A stretch of 64,000 nucleotides of DNA from Candidatus Omnitrophota bacterium (GTDB lineage: Bacteria > Omnitrophota > Gorgyraeia > Zapsychrales > JAHFFX01), in assembly GCA_023247725.1 (NCBI GenBank), contig JAHFFW010000007.1:12243-76242 (forward strand), read 5' to 3'. The notes below the pieces were generated by a model. The model saw only the letters and a list, made by a program, of their open reading frames with translations, was not told the DNA's origin and ran no database searches. The position numbers were made by a program, and so were the translations under genes. The stretch's first letter is position 1; the number at the start of each line of letters is the position of its first letter. Shown here one piece after another: positions 22,789 through 30,596 of this stretch.

Positions 22789-22817
22789 TTGCAAAGGGAC
22801 TTTAAAAACGTTACTAT
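22789..22817 (+). promoter_or_regulatory. candidate sigma70-like promoter TTGCAA-N17-TACTAT for B12-radical SAM gene
   Basis: Read in divergent region between acnA and 22850 gene; 30 nt upstream of AAAGGAAAGG RBS. Confidence 0.35.
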
Positions 22818-22849
22818 TGAAATAGATTTACTTAAAAAGGAAAGGTTTT

Positions 22850-24355
22850 ATGCGCGTCTGTTTTCTCAACCCGAGTTACGGAGACGATTTTGTTCGGGTT
22901 GCCCGCTGGTCTGCCAAATCTCGCGGTCGGGTTCAACGCCATCCAGAATTTCTTCTCACCACCGCCCAAGTCCTTCTCAATCAAGGCCACCACGTTGAAT
23001 TTGTCGAAGCCGCTGCACGCAATATGGCGCCGGAGGCGGCCATGGATGTGGTGTGCAATTTTAAACCAGAATTGCTCCTGATCCATGCGACCACGCCTTC
23101 GATTTATTCTGATATCGCTCAAGCCAAAACCATCAAAGAACGCTCTGGCTGCAAGGTAGCCTTTGTTGGTCAGCATGTCACTGCCGAACCCGATAACACC
23201 TTTGCCATCGGCCGGGGTGTGGTTGAGTATATTCTCCGACGGGAATATGACTTTACCTTGCGCGATTTGGCCAATGGTATGGAATGCAATAAAATTCTCG
23301 GAATGTCCTGGGATGAAGGGCAAAGAATCATCCACAATCCGGACCGGCCAGCCATGGATGTCAATGAATTGCCGTTCCCGGCCTGGCAATTGATCCAACC
23401 CGAATGGTATCCAGACGGTGGCAAAAAATTCCCCTTCTTGACTTTAATCACCGGCCGGGGTTGCAACAATGCCTGCACGTTTTGTCGCGATCCCCAATTG
23501 ATGTATGGTTACCGTTTGCGCAATCGGGACGCCCTCAAAGTCGTGGATGAAATGGAATATGACCTGAAAGTCCATCCACAAATCCGCGAGATCATGTTTG
23601 AGACCGACACTTTCGCCGCCGATAAAAAACATGTGACTCAGGTTTGTAACGAAATTATCCACCGGGGAATTCATAAAAAGATCTCCTGGTCCTGCAACAT
23701 GCGCGTCAATACAGATCTGGAGCTCTTACCTTTGATGCGCAAATCTGGTTGCCGGATGCTCATGACCGGTTTTGAATTTGGCACCGATGAACAATTGCGG
23801 GCCATCCGTAAGGGCGGAGTCAGTATTCAAATGGCCAGTGGTTATGCCAAACGAGCGCACGATTTGGGTTTCACCATTCACGGCTGTTTTATGATCGGCG
23901 CACCCGGCGAAACTCGGGAAAGTGCCCGCAAAACCATTGACTTTGCCAAATCGCTTCCTTTGGACACGATTCAGATCACCGGTGTGGCCGCGTATCCAGG
24001 CACGACTCTTTATCAATGGGCCAAGGAAAACAATTACCTCCTGACCCAGAACTGGTCCGAATGGCTCACATCTCAAAAGGAGCAGCGCACGCTCCTCAAT
24101 TATCCCCAGCTCTCGAGTAAGGAAATCGATGAGTTGATCGATACCGGTCTTAAGGAATTTTATTTGCGGCCTAAACAGATGTGGCAGATGTTGATTTCCA
24201 TCCGCTCGGTTGGGGATCTTTTACGAAAGTTCCACGGATTTAAAGCCTTCGTCCAATATTTTAGTCAAAAATTGACCGGCAAACTAAAAAGTCAACCCGC
24301 CGGAGTCAACCGCATCATGGCAACGATCACTCAAAACGATTCGGTTTCCTTATAA
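22850..24355 (+). CDS. B12-binding-domain radical SAM protein (class B rSAM; BchE/HpnJ-like superfamily)
   Basis: N-terminal cobalamin-binding-like domain followed by CNNACTFC radical-SAM cluster motif; 501 aa; ATG with RBS. Confidence 0.7.
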   Translation: MRVCFLNPSYGDDFVRVARWSAKSRGRVQRHPEFLLTTAQVLLNQGHHVEFVEAAARNMAPEAAMDVVCNFKPELLLIHATTPSIYSDIAQAKTIKERSGCKVAFVGQHVTAEPDNTFAIGRGVVEYILRREYDFTLRDLANGMECNKILGMSWDEGQRIIHNPDRPAMDVNELPFPAWQLIQPEWYPDGGKKFPFLTLITGRGCNNACTFCRDPQLMYGYRLRNRDALKVVDEMEYDLKVHPQIREIMFETDTFAADKKHVTQVCNEIIHRGIHKKISWSCNMRVNTDLELLPLMRKSGCRMLMTGFEFGTDEQLRAIRKGGVSIQMASGYAKRAHDLGFTIHGCFMIGAPGETRESARKTIDFAKSLPLDTIQITGVAAYPGTTLYQWAKENNYLLTQNWSEWLTSQKEQRTLLNYPQLSSKEIDELIDTGLKEFYLRPKQMWQMLISIRSVGDLLRKFHGFKAFVQYFSQKLTGKLKSQPAGVNRIMATITQNDSVSL

Positions 24356-24376
24356 GAATCTTTTATCCGCCGAGGA

Positions 24377-24405
24377 TTGACAACGCCAAACCCATTTGCT
24401 ATATT
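24377..24405 (+). promoter_or_regulatory. sigma70-like promoter TTGACA-N17-TATATT for ferredoxin gene
   Basis: Consensus -35, 17-bp spacer, near-consensus -10, ~35 nt upstream of AGGAGG RBS. Confidence 0.55.
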
Positions 24406-24452
24406 AGCACCATCAATTTTTATTAATCTTATTGACCATCAGGAGGAATGTT

Positions 24453-24734
24453 ATGGCGCACGTTGTCACCGAACCCTGCATCAAATGCCGTTATACCGAT
24501 TGCGTAACGGTTTGTCCGGTGGATTGTTTTCATGAAGATGCAGAAATGGTTGTCATCGATCCCGAGGTCTGCATCGACTGCGGCGCCTGTATTCCCGAAT
24601 GTCCGGTTCAAGCGATTTATGCTGAAGATGATGTACCGGAAAAATGGAAAAGCTTTATCGCTCTTAATAAGGAAAAAGCCCCATCCTTGCCGGTCATCAC
24701 GGAAAAAAAGACGCCCCTCGCCCCTCCGAAGTAA
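24453..24734 (+). CDS. fdxA: 7Fe ferredoxin (3Fe-4S + 4Fe-4S, FdxA type)
   Basis: MAHVVTEPCIKCRYTDCVTVCPVDCF...CIDCGACIPECP signature; track start is TTG 21 nt upstream, ATG MAHVV with AGGAGG 6 nt upstream chosen. Confidence 0.85.
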   Translation: MAHVVTEPCIKCRYTDCVTVCPVDCFHEDAEMVVIDPEVCIDCGACIPECPVQAIYAEDDVPEKWKSFIALNKEKAPSLPVITEKKTPLAPPK

Positions 24735-24747
24735 CCGCGTAGTTTTT

Positions 24748-25062
24748 ATGAAAAACTTTTTACAAAACGTCAAACGCAAATATCAAATCAAAAGCGATTT
24801 GGACTTTGCCTTGATCGTCACCGCCTTCTCCCTAGCCGGTCTTAACGTCTCATTCACCCGGCCGCGGATTTTCCAGTGGTTGGGCATTTCCCACTCCGCC
24901 TGGTGGGTCAAAACCCTGGCCTTCTTGCTGTTATTCTTTCCTCTCTACCAACTCTCCACCCTTCTTTATGGCTCCCTCCTGGGACAGTTTTCTTTCTTCT
25001 GGGAACGGCAGAAAAAATTGGGAAGGTTCCTGCGAAGAAAATTGTTGCGGGTCGGAAATTAA
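24748..25062 (+). CDS. small hypothetical membrane protein (104 aa, 2-3 TM)
   Basis: ATG 13 nt after fdx stop; hydrophobic segments ALIVTAFSLAGL and WWVKTLAFLLLFFPLY; no recognised family. Confidence 0.35.
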   Translation: MKNFLQNVKRKYQIKSDLDFALIVTAFSLAGLNVSFTRPRIFQWLGISHSAWWVKTLAFLLLFFPLYQLSTLLYGSLLGQFSFFWERQKKLGRFLRRKLLRVGN

Positions 25063-25186
25063 GAAAAAACTTTCCAATCACCAAAGCACCCATCATCAAA
25101 CAATAACCAAATGGCCAAATGACCAATGCTCAAAACGTTTGATCATTGAGGAATTTGGATTATTGAAACCTCTAGCCGCCCCAACT

Positions 25187-25621
25187 TTATCTCCAAACGT
25201 ATAACATTAGATAAATCAGGACACCGGTCACCGACACATATCCCCAGACGGGGAATAGCCAGCGGGTGATTTTAGTGTGGGCTTTAAAATTTCCGTGCCA
25301 GGCATGCCACAGAGCGATCAAGCTAAAGGGGACGATGAGGACGGCTAGAGGCGTATGGGTCAACAAGATGAAAAAATAAATTCCTCGCGATAACCCTGTC
25401 CCTGGATATTTGGTGACGCCCGGCACACTGATGTGATAGGTCAAGTAAGAAACAAGAAACAGGGTCGAGGCGCAGAACGCGCAGAGCATCCACCAGCGGT
25501 GAATAGCCATTCGTCCTTTTTTGATCGCGTTCCATCCCAGCAAAAGAAAGCATCCCGCCAGCGCATTTAACGAGGCATTGACGCTTGGCAATTGATAAAC
25601 CCATCCGGCGCCGGTCATCAT
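25187..25621 (-). CDS. DUF420-family membrane protein (oxidase-cluster associated)
   Basis: 144 aa, 4 TM, DUF420-like pattern; ATG overlaps SCO stop (ATGA). Confidence 0.6.
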   Translation of the reverse strand: MMTGAGWVYQLPSVNASLNALAGCFLLLGWNAIKKGRMAIHRWWMLCAFCASTLFLVSYLTYHISVPGVTKYPGTGLSRGIYFFILLTHTPLAVLIVPFSLIALWHAWHGNFKAHTKITRWLFPVWGYVSVTGVLIYLMLYVWR

Positions 25622-26205
25622 TCCTTCAACAGTTCGTTAATGTCGCGAAACAATAGATTTAATTCTTCCGGACCGTTGTGTTCATAATATCCGCGGATCT
25701 GCAAATTTTTATCCACCAGAATAAATTTTCCGCTGTGAAAGACAGGTTCATTCACCATACCCAATTTAAAATCCTTAACGGCGACATCGGTTAAGGCATC
25801 CCGCGAACCCGTCAAGAAATGCCAGAGACTTGGATCGGCATCATAGTTCTGGGCATATTTTCGCAAAACCTCGGGCGTGTCATTTTCTGGATTCACACTA
25901 AACGATACAAAATGAACATTCCCGGTCAACCGATAAGAGCGGTAAAGCTGCGCCATCGTTCTGGTCATGACCGGACAAATTCCGGGACAGGTCGTAAAAA
26001 TAAAATCCGCCACCCAGACCTTGCCTTTTAGTTCCGCCAGATGAAAAGATTTTTTCTGGGTATCAATAAAACGACCATCGTTCACCTGCCCCAGAATCGG
26101 CAAGGCTTTGGATTTTTTTTCCTGGCCTAACAAAAAAATAAAAAATGAAAGTGACAGAAGGATCGCCAGGATGCCGACGATGATAAAAAGCTTTTTTCCT
26201 TTCAT
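25618..26205 (-). CDS. SCO1/SenC copper chaperone (thioredoxin-fold)
   Basis: N-terminal TM anchor, CPGICP CxxxC copper motif, distal His; TAGGAG RBS. Confidence 0.8.
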   Translation of the reverse strand: MKGKKLFIIVGILAILLSLSFFIFLLGQEKKSKALPILGQVNDGRFIDTQKKSFHLAELKGKVWVADFIFTTCPGICPVMTRTMAQLYRSYRLTGNVHFVSFSVNPENDTPEVLRKYAQNYDADPSLWHFLTGSRDALTDVAVKDFKLGMVNEPVFHSGKFILVDKNLQIRGYYEHNGPEELNLLFRDINELLKE

Positions 26206-26214
26206 TCTGAACTC

Positions 26215-27084
26215 CTAAAAGGAAACATCCAAGACGATCAAAAGAAACAACAAGGGCAGGTAAAGGACCGAGGTTTTCAAAAGCTTAACCGCATCTTTGG
26301 AGGAGCGGGAAAAAGCCAGCTGCCTACCCTCGCGCCAAAACAGGATTCCCAAAACTAAGGCGGCGAATCGGTAGAAGTGTCCACCGATCCCGAAGGCAAA
26401 AGGCAGCAAAGAGATGGGGATAAGGATGAGTGAGAAAATTTGGATCTGGCGAAAGGTTCGAACTCCCTGCGGGTCAATGACCGGCAGCATTTTGAATCCG
26501 GCCAGGCGGTAATCCTCTTTGCACATCCAGGCGATGGCATAAAAATGCGGATGTTGCCATAAGAACATGATGAGGAATAAAACCCAGGCGCCGAGATCAA
26601 GCTGACCGGTCGCAGCGGCCCACCCCCCCATCGGCGGAATCGCTCCGGGGATGGCGCCAATCGTCGTGTTGAGCCAGCTCAATTTTTTCATCGGAGTATA
26701 GACAAGGACATATAAAAAAGCGGTCAATAAACTTAAGAACGCGGTTAAGAGATTCACCCAAAGAATCAGGATGCATAGACCCACCAAAATGAGGATAATT
26801 CCATAGGCCAGCGCATGGTGAGCGGCAATGATGCCGGCTGGAATCGGCCGGTTCTTGGTCCTTTCCATTTTTCCATCGGAGTCGCGTTCCAAATAATGAT
26901 TAAGAGCGGACGCCCCGGCGCAGACACAGCCTGCCCCTAATATCGTGAAGGCCAATAATGGAAACGAAACGATCCCATTCCCGCCTAAGAAAAATCCCAA
27001 CGCGGTCGTGATCAGAATGAGGGTTAAAATTCTGGGCTTGGCTAACTCCAGATAACTGGAAAATGGAATATTGACAACGCTCAT
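26215..27084 (-). CDS. ctaB: protoheme IX farnesyltransferase (heme O synthase)
   Basis: UbiA-family motifs (LELAKPRILTL, NxxxDxxxD region), 289 aa from ATG MSVVNIPF which overlaps ctaA stop (ATGA). Confidence 0.85.
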   Translation of the reverse strand: MSVVNIPFSSYLELAKPRILTLILITTALGFFLGGNGIVSFPLLAFTILGAGCVCAGASALNHYLERDSDGKMERTKNRPIPAGIIAAHHALAYGIILILVGLCILILWVNLLTAFLSLLTAFLYVLVYTPMKKLSWLNTTIGAIPGAIPPMGGWAAATGQLDLGAWVLFLIMFLWQHPHFYAIAWMCKEDYRLAGFKMLPVIDPQGVRTFRQIQIFSLILIPISLLPFAFGIGGHFYRFAALVLGILFWREGRQLAFSRSSKDAVKLLKTSVLYLPLLFLLIVLDVSF

Positions 27085-28184
27085 GCAAAACTTTCTCTGA
27101 ACTTCGCCAATGACAAGGGCGACGTCCGAAGGACCAGTAAGAAACTGGCGGCTAACGTCGCAGCCCCAGTCACCACATGCAGGCTCGTGATGACCGGCGA
27201 TTTTACATTGAGAACCGTTAAGATGCCTAAGATGATCTGGACCCAAACGATCACGCTCAACCAAAATAATGAATGCTTGACGCGGGTCGGTGAATTGAAA
27301 CGCACGGTCCCAAGGTAATTTAAGGTCACGATGAAGATCAAAATCATCAAGGCGGTCACTCGGTGTAAGAAATGAATGAAAACCTGTTTCATCACGACTG
27401 GCTCCAGGTTAGCGGCAAAGCGCCAATCATTGATTGAGGAAAGCATCCGGCTGTCAAAGGTTGGCCAAGTTTTGCCTCCCATCGTTGGAAAGTCCGGAAT
27501 GGCAAGTCCGGATTGCGTATGCCGCATGACCGCACCGATCATAAGCTGAAGATAAATGACCGAGAAGGTGATCGCGGACATTTTGATCAAAAGCGCCTCG
27601 CAAGGGAGATCACCTTGAGATCTTTGCTGACGTTCACAGGATTGGCTATAGGCAATAAGGATCGTCAATAAAAAAAAGGTTTGGGCCAGAACCCCATGGA
27701 AAATCGAAACCGGCGGCGGTAGAAAAAGTTTGACCGTCAGTCCGCCTAAAAGTCCCTGCAAGATAACCGCTATGAAGGCAGCGTAGCCTAATTTCTTGAC
27801 CCAGAGGCGTCTTTCTTTCCAATAGAGAAATACGGCCAAAATGAGTGTCAAGAATCCGACGGTCGTGGCAACCATCCGATGGCCGTGTTCGTAAAAAACC
27901 CCTCCGACCATGGGCGGGAAAAGCATTCCATATGATAAAGGCCAATCGGGAACCGCCAGGCCGGAGCCTGTGCTCGTCACCATTCCGCCGGCGAAGATGA
28001 GAAACAAGGTGCAGAGGCAAACGAAAGACGAAAACCCTCTCAGTGGACCAGCAACAAGTCGGGCAGAGCGCCTGGAATGAAGGTTGGGGGTTGAATCAAC
28101 AATGGGCAACAAGGAATTAATTCCAAAATGAGTCTTCGCTGGAAGATTTCGCCGCAGCGGACTGCTCGGCCAGCCATTTGTCAA
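27081..28184 (-). CDS. ctaA: heme A synthase (CtaA/COX15 family); start codon uncertain (track start is TTG; alternative TTG at 28112)
   Basis: 8 predicted TM helices with conserved His in helices (HRMVATTVGF, HGVLAQTFF, HFLHRVTAL); no in-frame ATG before first TM. Confidence 0.55.
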   Translation of the reverse strand: MTNGWPSSPLRRNLPAKTHFGINSLLPIVDSTPNLHSRRSARLVAGPLRGFSSFVCLCTLFLIFAGGMVTSTGSGLAVPDWPLSYGMLFPPMVGGVFYEHGHRMVATTVGFLTLILAVFLYWKERRLWVKKLGYAAFIAVILQGLLGGLTVKLFLPPPVSIFHGVLAQTFFLLTILIAYSQSCERQQRSQGDLPCEALLIKMSAITFSVIYLQLMIGAVMRHTQSGLAIPDFPTMGGKTWPTFDSRMLSSINDWRFAANLEPVVMKQVFIHFLHRVTALMILIFIVTLNYLGTVRFNSPTRVKHSLFWLSVIVWVQIILGILTVLNVKSPVITSLHVVTGAATLAASFLLVLRTSPLSLAKFRESFA

Positions 28185-28911
28185 ATTCTTCCATCGGTAA
28201 AACGGTCAAGTAACCTTTCATGCGGTAATGGCCGAGCCCGCATAACTGCGCGCAGGCGATTTCGGATTTTCCCGCCTTGATGGGAGTAAACCACAATGGG
28301 ATGACCATACCGGGAACGGCGTCCTGTTTGACTCTCATGATGTTCAAAGAAAACGAATGGATGACATCCTTGCTACTCAAATAGATGAGAACCTGCCGGT
28401 TGACCGGCAGATACAATTGGTTGAGCGTGACCACGTCATCTTGGGCCGCCGGATCGGTCAAATCCAACCCGAGAGGATTGGAGGCCTTGTCATAATGGGA
28501 CATATCGGTTTTACCGAAAATGCCATCCGGACCCGGATAATGAATATTCCAGGCGAACTGTTCGGCGACAATCCGAATCTTTAAAGGATTTTTTTCGGTG
28601 GGCAAGGCACTGACATTCTTGGCCCAAAAGGGGATCGAAAACACCAAAAGCAAGACTGCCTCGGCGATGGCAACGGAGGTTTCAATATAGGTCGAAACAT
28701 GGGTACTGGTTCCATAATAGTTGGCTCGGTGATTTTTTCTGGCCCGGAACTTCCAAATCACAATGATGAAATAGATCCCCCATCCAATGAACAAAACCAG
28801 CACAAGCATATGCAAAAGGAAGATCATGAAATCAATCTGTTGGCCATGAGCCGATGCCACCGGCGGCAATCCCAGCAATTTTTGAATCCAACCTTTTTCG
28901 AGAGTATCCAT
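28117..28911 (-). CDS. coxB: cytochrome c oxidase subunit II (CuA, no fused cytochrome c domain)
   Basis: DVIHSF ... CAQLCGLGHYRM CuA ligand pattern (H, CxQxCGxxHxxM), two N-terminal TM helices; start at ATG MDTLEKG, which overlaps stop of upstream small ORF by 1 nt (TAATG). Confidence 0.8.
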   Translation of the reverse strand: MDTLEKGWIQKLLGLPPVASAHGQQIDFMIFLLHMLVLVLFIGWGIYFIIVIWKFRARKNHRANYYGTSTHVSTYIETSVAIAEAVLLLVFSIPFWAKNVSALPTEKNPLKIRIVAEQFAWNIHYPGPDGIFGKTDMSHYDKASNPLGLDLTDPAAQDDVVTLNQLYLPVNRQVLIYLSSKDVIHSFSLNIMRVKQDAVPGMVIPLWFTPIKAGKSEIACAQLCGLGHYRMKGYLTVLPMEEFDKWLAEQSAAAKSSSEDSFWN

Positions 28912-29153
28912 TATGTTCGAATGAGCGTCTGCTCGGAAGAATTTTTGCTCCGACGCCAAACACCGATAAAAAACCAGATGATGCTACCCACGACCACTCC
29001 CAGAATCAGCAACAATCCAAGAACCGACCAGCGTAACCCGCGGGCAGCGTCGGAATTGGCGGCATTAAAGCACATGCTGCAGGCCGTGGCTGTAGGCAAG
29101 GACTGATTCAGAAGGATTTGCGATAGGAATGCGATAAAAGAAAAATACTTCAT
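28911..29153 (-). CDS. small hypothetical protein (80 aa): N-terminal hydrophobic anchor, CSMC motif, C-terminal TM
   Basis: ATG MKYFSF; stop shares A with coxB ATG; hydrophobicity pattern unlikely by chance; no family recognised. Confidence 0.35.
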   Translation of the reverse strand: MKYFSFIAFLSQILLNQSLPTATACSMCFNAANSDAARGLRWSVLGLLLILGVVVGSIIWFFIGVWRRSKNSSEQTLIRT

Positions 29154-29160
29154 GTGAGCT

Positions 29161-29352
29161 TTACTCGATTCCTTTGAGCTTTCTGACAAAATTGGTACCA
29201 TAGACCAACAAAACGGCGGCCAAAACAAACGCCAGGATGCCGAACCGCTTAACATTTTGAACTTGCGGCTGGGTTAAACACCAAAAACCAAATCCCAATA
29301 GCAAAAGAAACGCTAAAAAAATAAATAGAAGGTGAAAATGTTTAAGAGACAA
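29161..29352 (-). CDS. possible tiny 2-TM protein (63 aa, TTG start, overlaps coxD end by 11 nt)
   Basis: Strongly hydrophobic MSLKHFHLLFIFLAFLLLLGFGFWCL...ILAFVLAAVLLVYG; only non-ATG start available, so doubtful. Confidence 0.2.
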   Translation of the reverse strand: MSLKHFHLLFIFLAFLLLLGFGFWCLTQPQVQNVKRFGILAFVLAAVLLVYGTNFVRKLKGIE

Positions 29353-29665
29353 ACCTTGCTCCCATCAGGATGTCTCCATAGCCCCAAAGTAACAGTCCAA
29401 ATAAAAAGAACAAATTCCCCAAAGTAAAAATGAGCAAAAAGTAAATCAAGGTACGCTCCGAAATCAGATGCATAAAAAAACAAGCAACCAGAGAAGCCTT
29501 GAAAGTAGCGATCAAAAGCGCAATGGCCACATTTCCCACCAAACCGAAGTGCAGACGACTAATTAAGACAGTCAAGATCGTCAAAAAAGCCAACGAGCCA
29601 AAAACGATCATGTAACCTCTGACTTCTTTTTTCACATCATGGACATCGGCAGGCGCATTCGACAT
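29342..29665 (-). CDS. coxD: cytochrome c oxidase subunit IV (bacterial CtaF/CoxD-type, 107 aa)
   Basis: MSNAPADVHDVKKEVRGYMIVFGSLAFLTILTV... three-TM small subunit pattern; ATG with AGGAG RBS; track ORF N-terminal 72 aa extension is translation of the upstream hairpin. Confidence 0.65.
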   Translation of the reverse strand: MSNAPADVHDVKKEVRGYMIVFGSLAFLTILTVLISRLHFGLVGNVAIALLIATFKASLVACFFMHLISERTLIYFLLIFTLGNLFFLFGLLLWGYGDILMGARFVS

Positions 29666-29685
29666 ATACAAATTACTCCTGTAGC

Positions 29686-29730
29686 CGGGGCCCTTTGCCC
29701 CGCAATCTTCTTCGGGGGCAAAGGGCCCCG
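29686..29730 (-). other. intercistronic stem-loop (perfect 16-bp stem CGGGGCCCTTTGCCCC / GGGGCAAAGGGCCCCG, 13-nt loop) between coxC and coxD
   Basis: Read directly; on the mRNA it sits 20 nt upstream of coxD AGGAG RBS; no U-tract follows so not a classic terminator. Confidence 0.6.
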
Positions 29731-29738
29731 CACATCCA

Positions 29739-30596
29739 TCAGAGCAAATAAAGCACGGGAAACAAAAAAATCCAAACCAGATCCACGAAGTGCCAATAAA
29801 GCCCAGCCACCTCGATCCGGTTGGTAAAGCGTTCCGGTTGATCCAGCCACATCCGGCGGCCCGGCCCCCAAAAATATCCATTCACAATGATTCCCCCCAA
29901 AACGTGCAGGCCGTGCAGACCTGTCAGGGTAAAATAAATCGCCATGTAGGTGCTGTAACTCGGCGGGAAATTATGATGGGAATGGCGGTTACCCAACTCA
30001 AAAAGAGTAAGGATTATTCCGATAAACGCGATCACGCTAATGAGCAAGATCGCTGTACGAACGAACCGGGAAAAATCCTTGAAAGCGACCTGGGCCAGTG
30101 ACCAAACGGCCCATAAAAAGAAAAAGCCCAGAATGCATTTCGGGACCAACGCCATGGCGGCGATTCCACCCGCTAGCCGGTGGACCGCAAGATTAAAAAG
30201 CGCGGGAAAATATTCATGATAATGAATGGAAAACTTGGCTCCGTATTCAAAGGCCTTGACCATCAAAAAGGTTAAGGCCAAAAGGATCGTCAGCCCCAGA
30301 TACATCCGAAATTTTTTCAGCTCCTGCAATTTCAAGGAAACCCAGGCCATGACCATGGTAACGCTGGAGGTGATAAGAACAATCGTGTTGAATGTCCCGA
30401 TGGGGATGCTCAGGATCGTCGAACCCATTGGCCAGTTTGGGGCTCCCATCCTTAAAAGAATATAAGCCGAGAATAATCCACCAAAGAGCATAACCTCTGA
30501 ACCCAAAAATAACCAGATGCCTAATTTGGCATTAAATAATCCGGTGTCTTGACGGGGGGAAACGGTGTAGGGAAGAACGTGCACACTGGACATCAA
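29739..30596 (-). CDS. coxC: cytochrome c oxidase subunit III
   Basis: 285 aa, 7 TM, conserved subunit III pattern (HVLPYT..., WHFVDLVWIFLFP); overlaps coxA stop (ATGA). Confidence 0.85.
   Translation of the reverse strand: MMSSVHVLPYTVSPRQDTGLFNAKLGIWLFLGSEVMLFGGLFSAYILLRMGAPNWPMGSTILSIPIGTFNTIVLITSSVTMVMAWVSLKLQELKKFRMYLGLTILLALTFLMVKAFEYGAKFSIHYHEYFPALFNLAVHRLAGGIAAMALVPKCILGFFFLWAVWSLAQVAFKDFSRFVRTAILLISVIAFIGIILTLFELGNRHSHHNFPPSYSTYMAIYFTLTGLHGLHVLGGIIVNGYFWGPGRRMWLDQPERFTNRIEVAGLYWHFVDLVWIFLFPVLYLL

Noticed and set aside
24532-24747. Upstream part of the 24532-25062 ORF overlapping the ferredoxin gene
   Set aside because: That frame overlaps fdxA out of frame; only the segment from ATG 24748 (after the fdxA stop) behaves like a gene (hydrophobic, own start).
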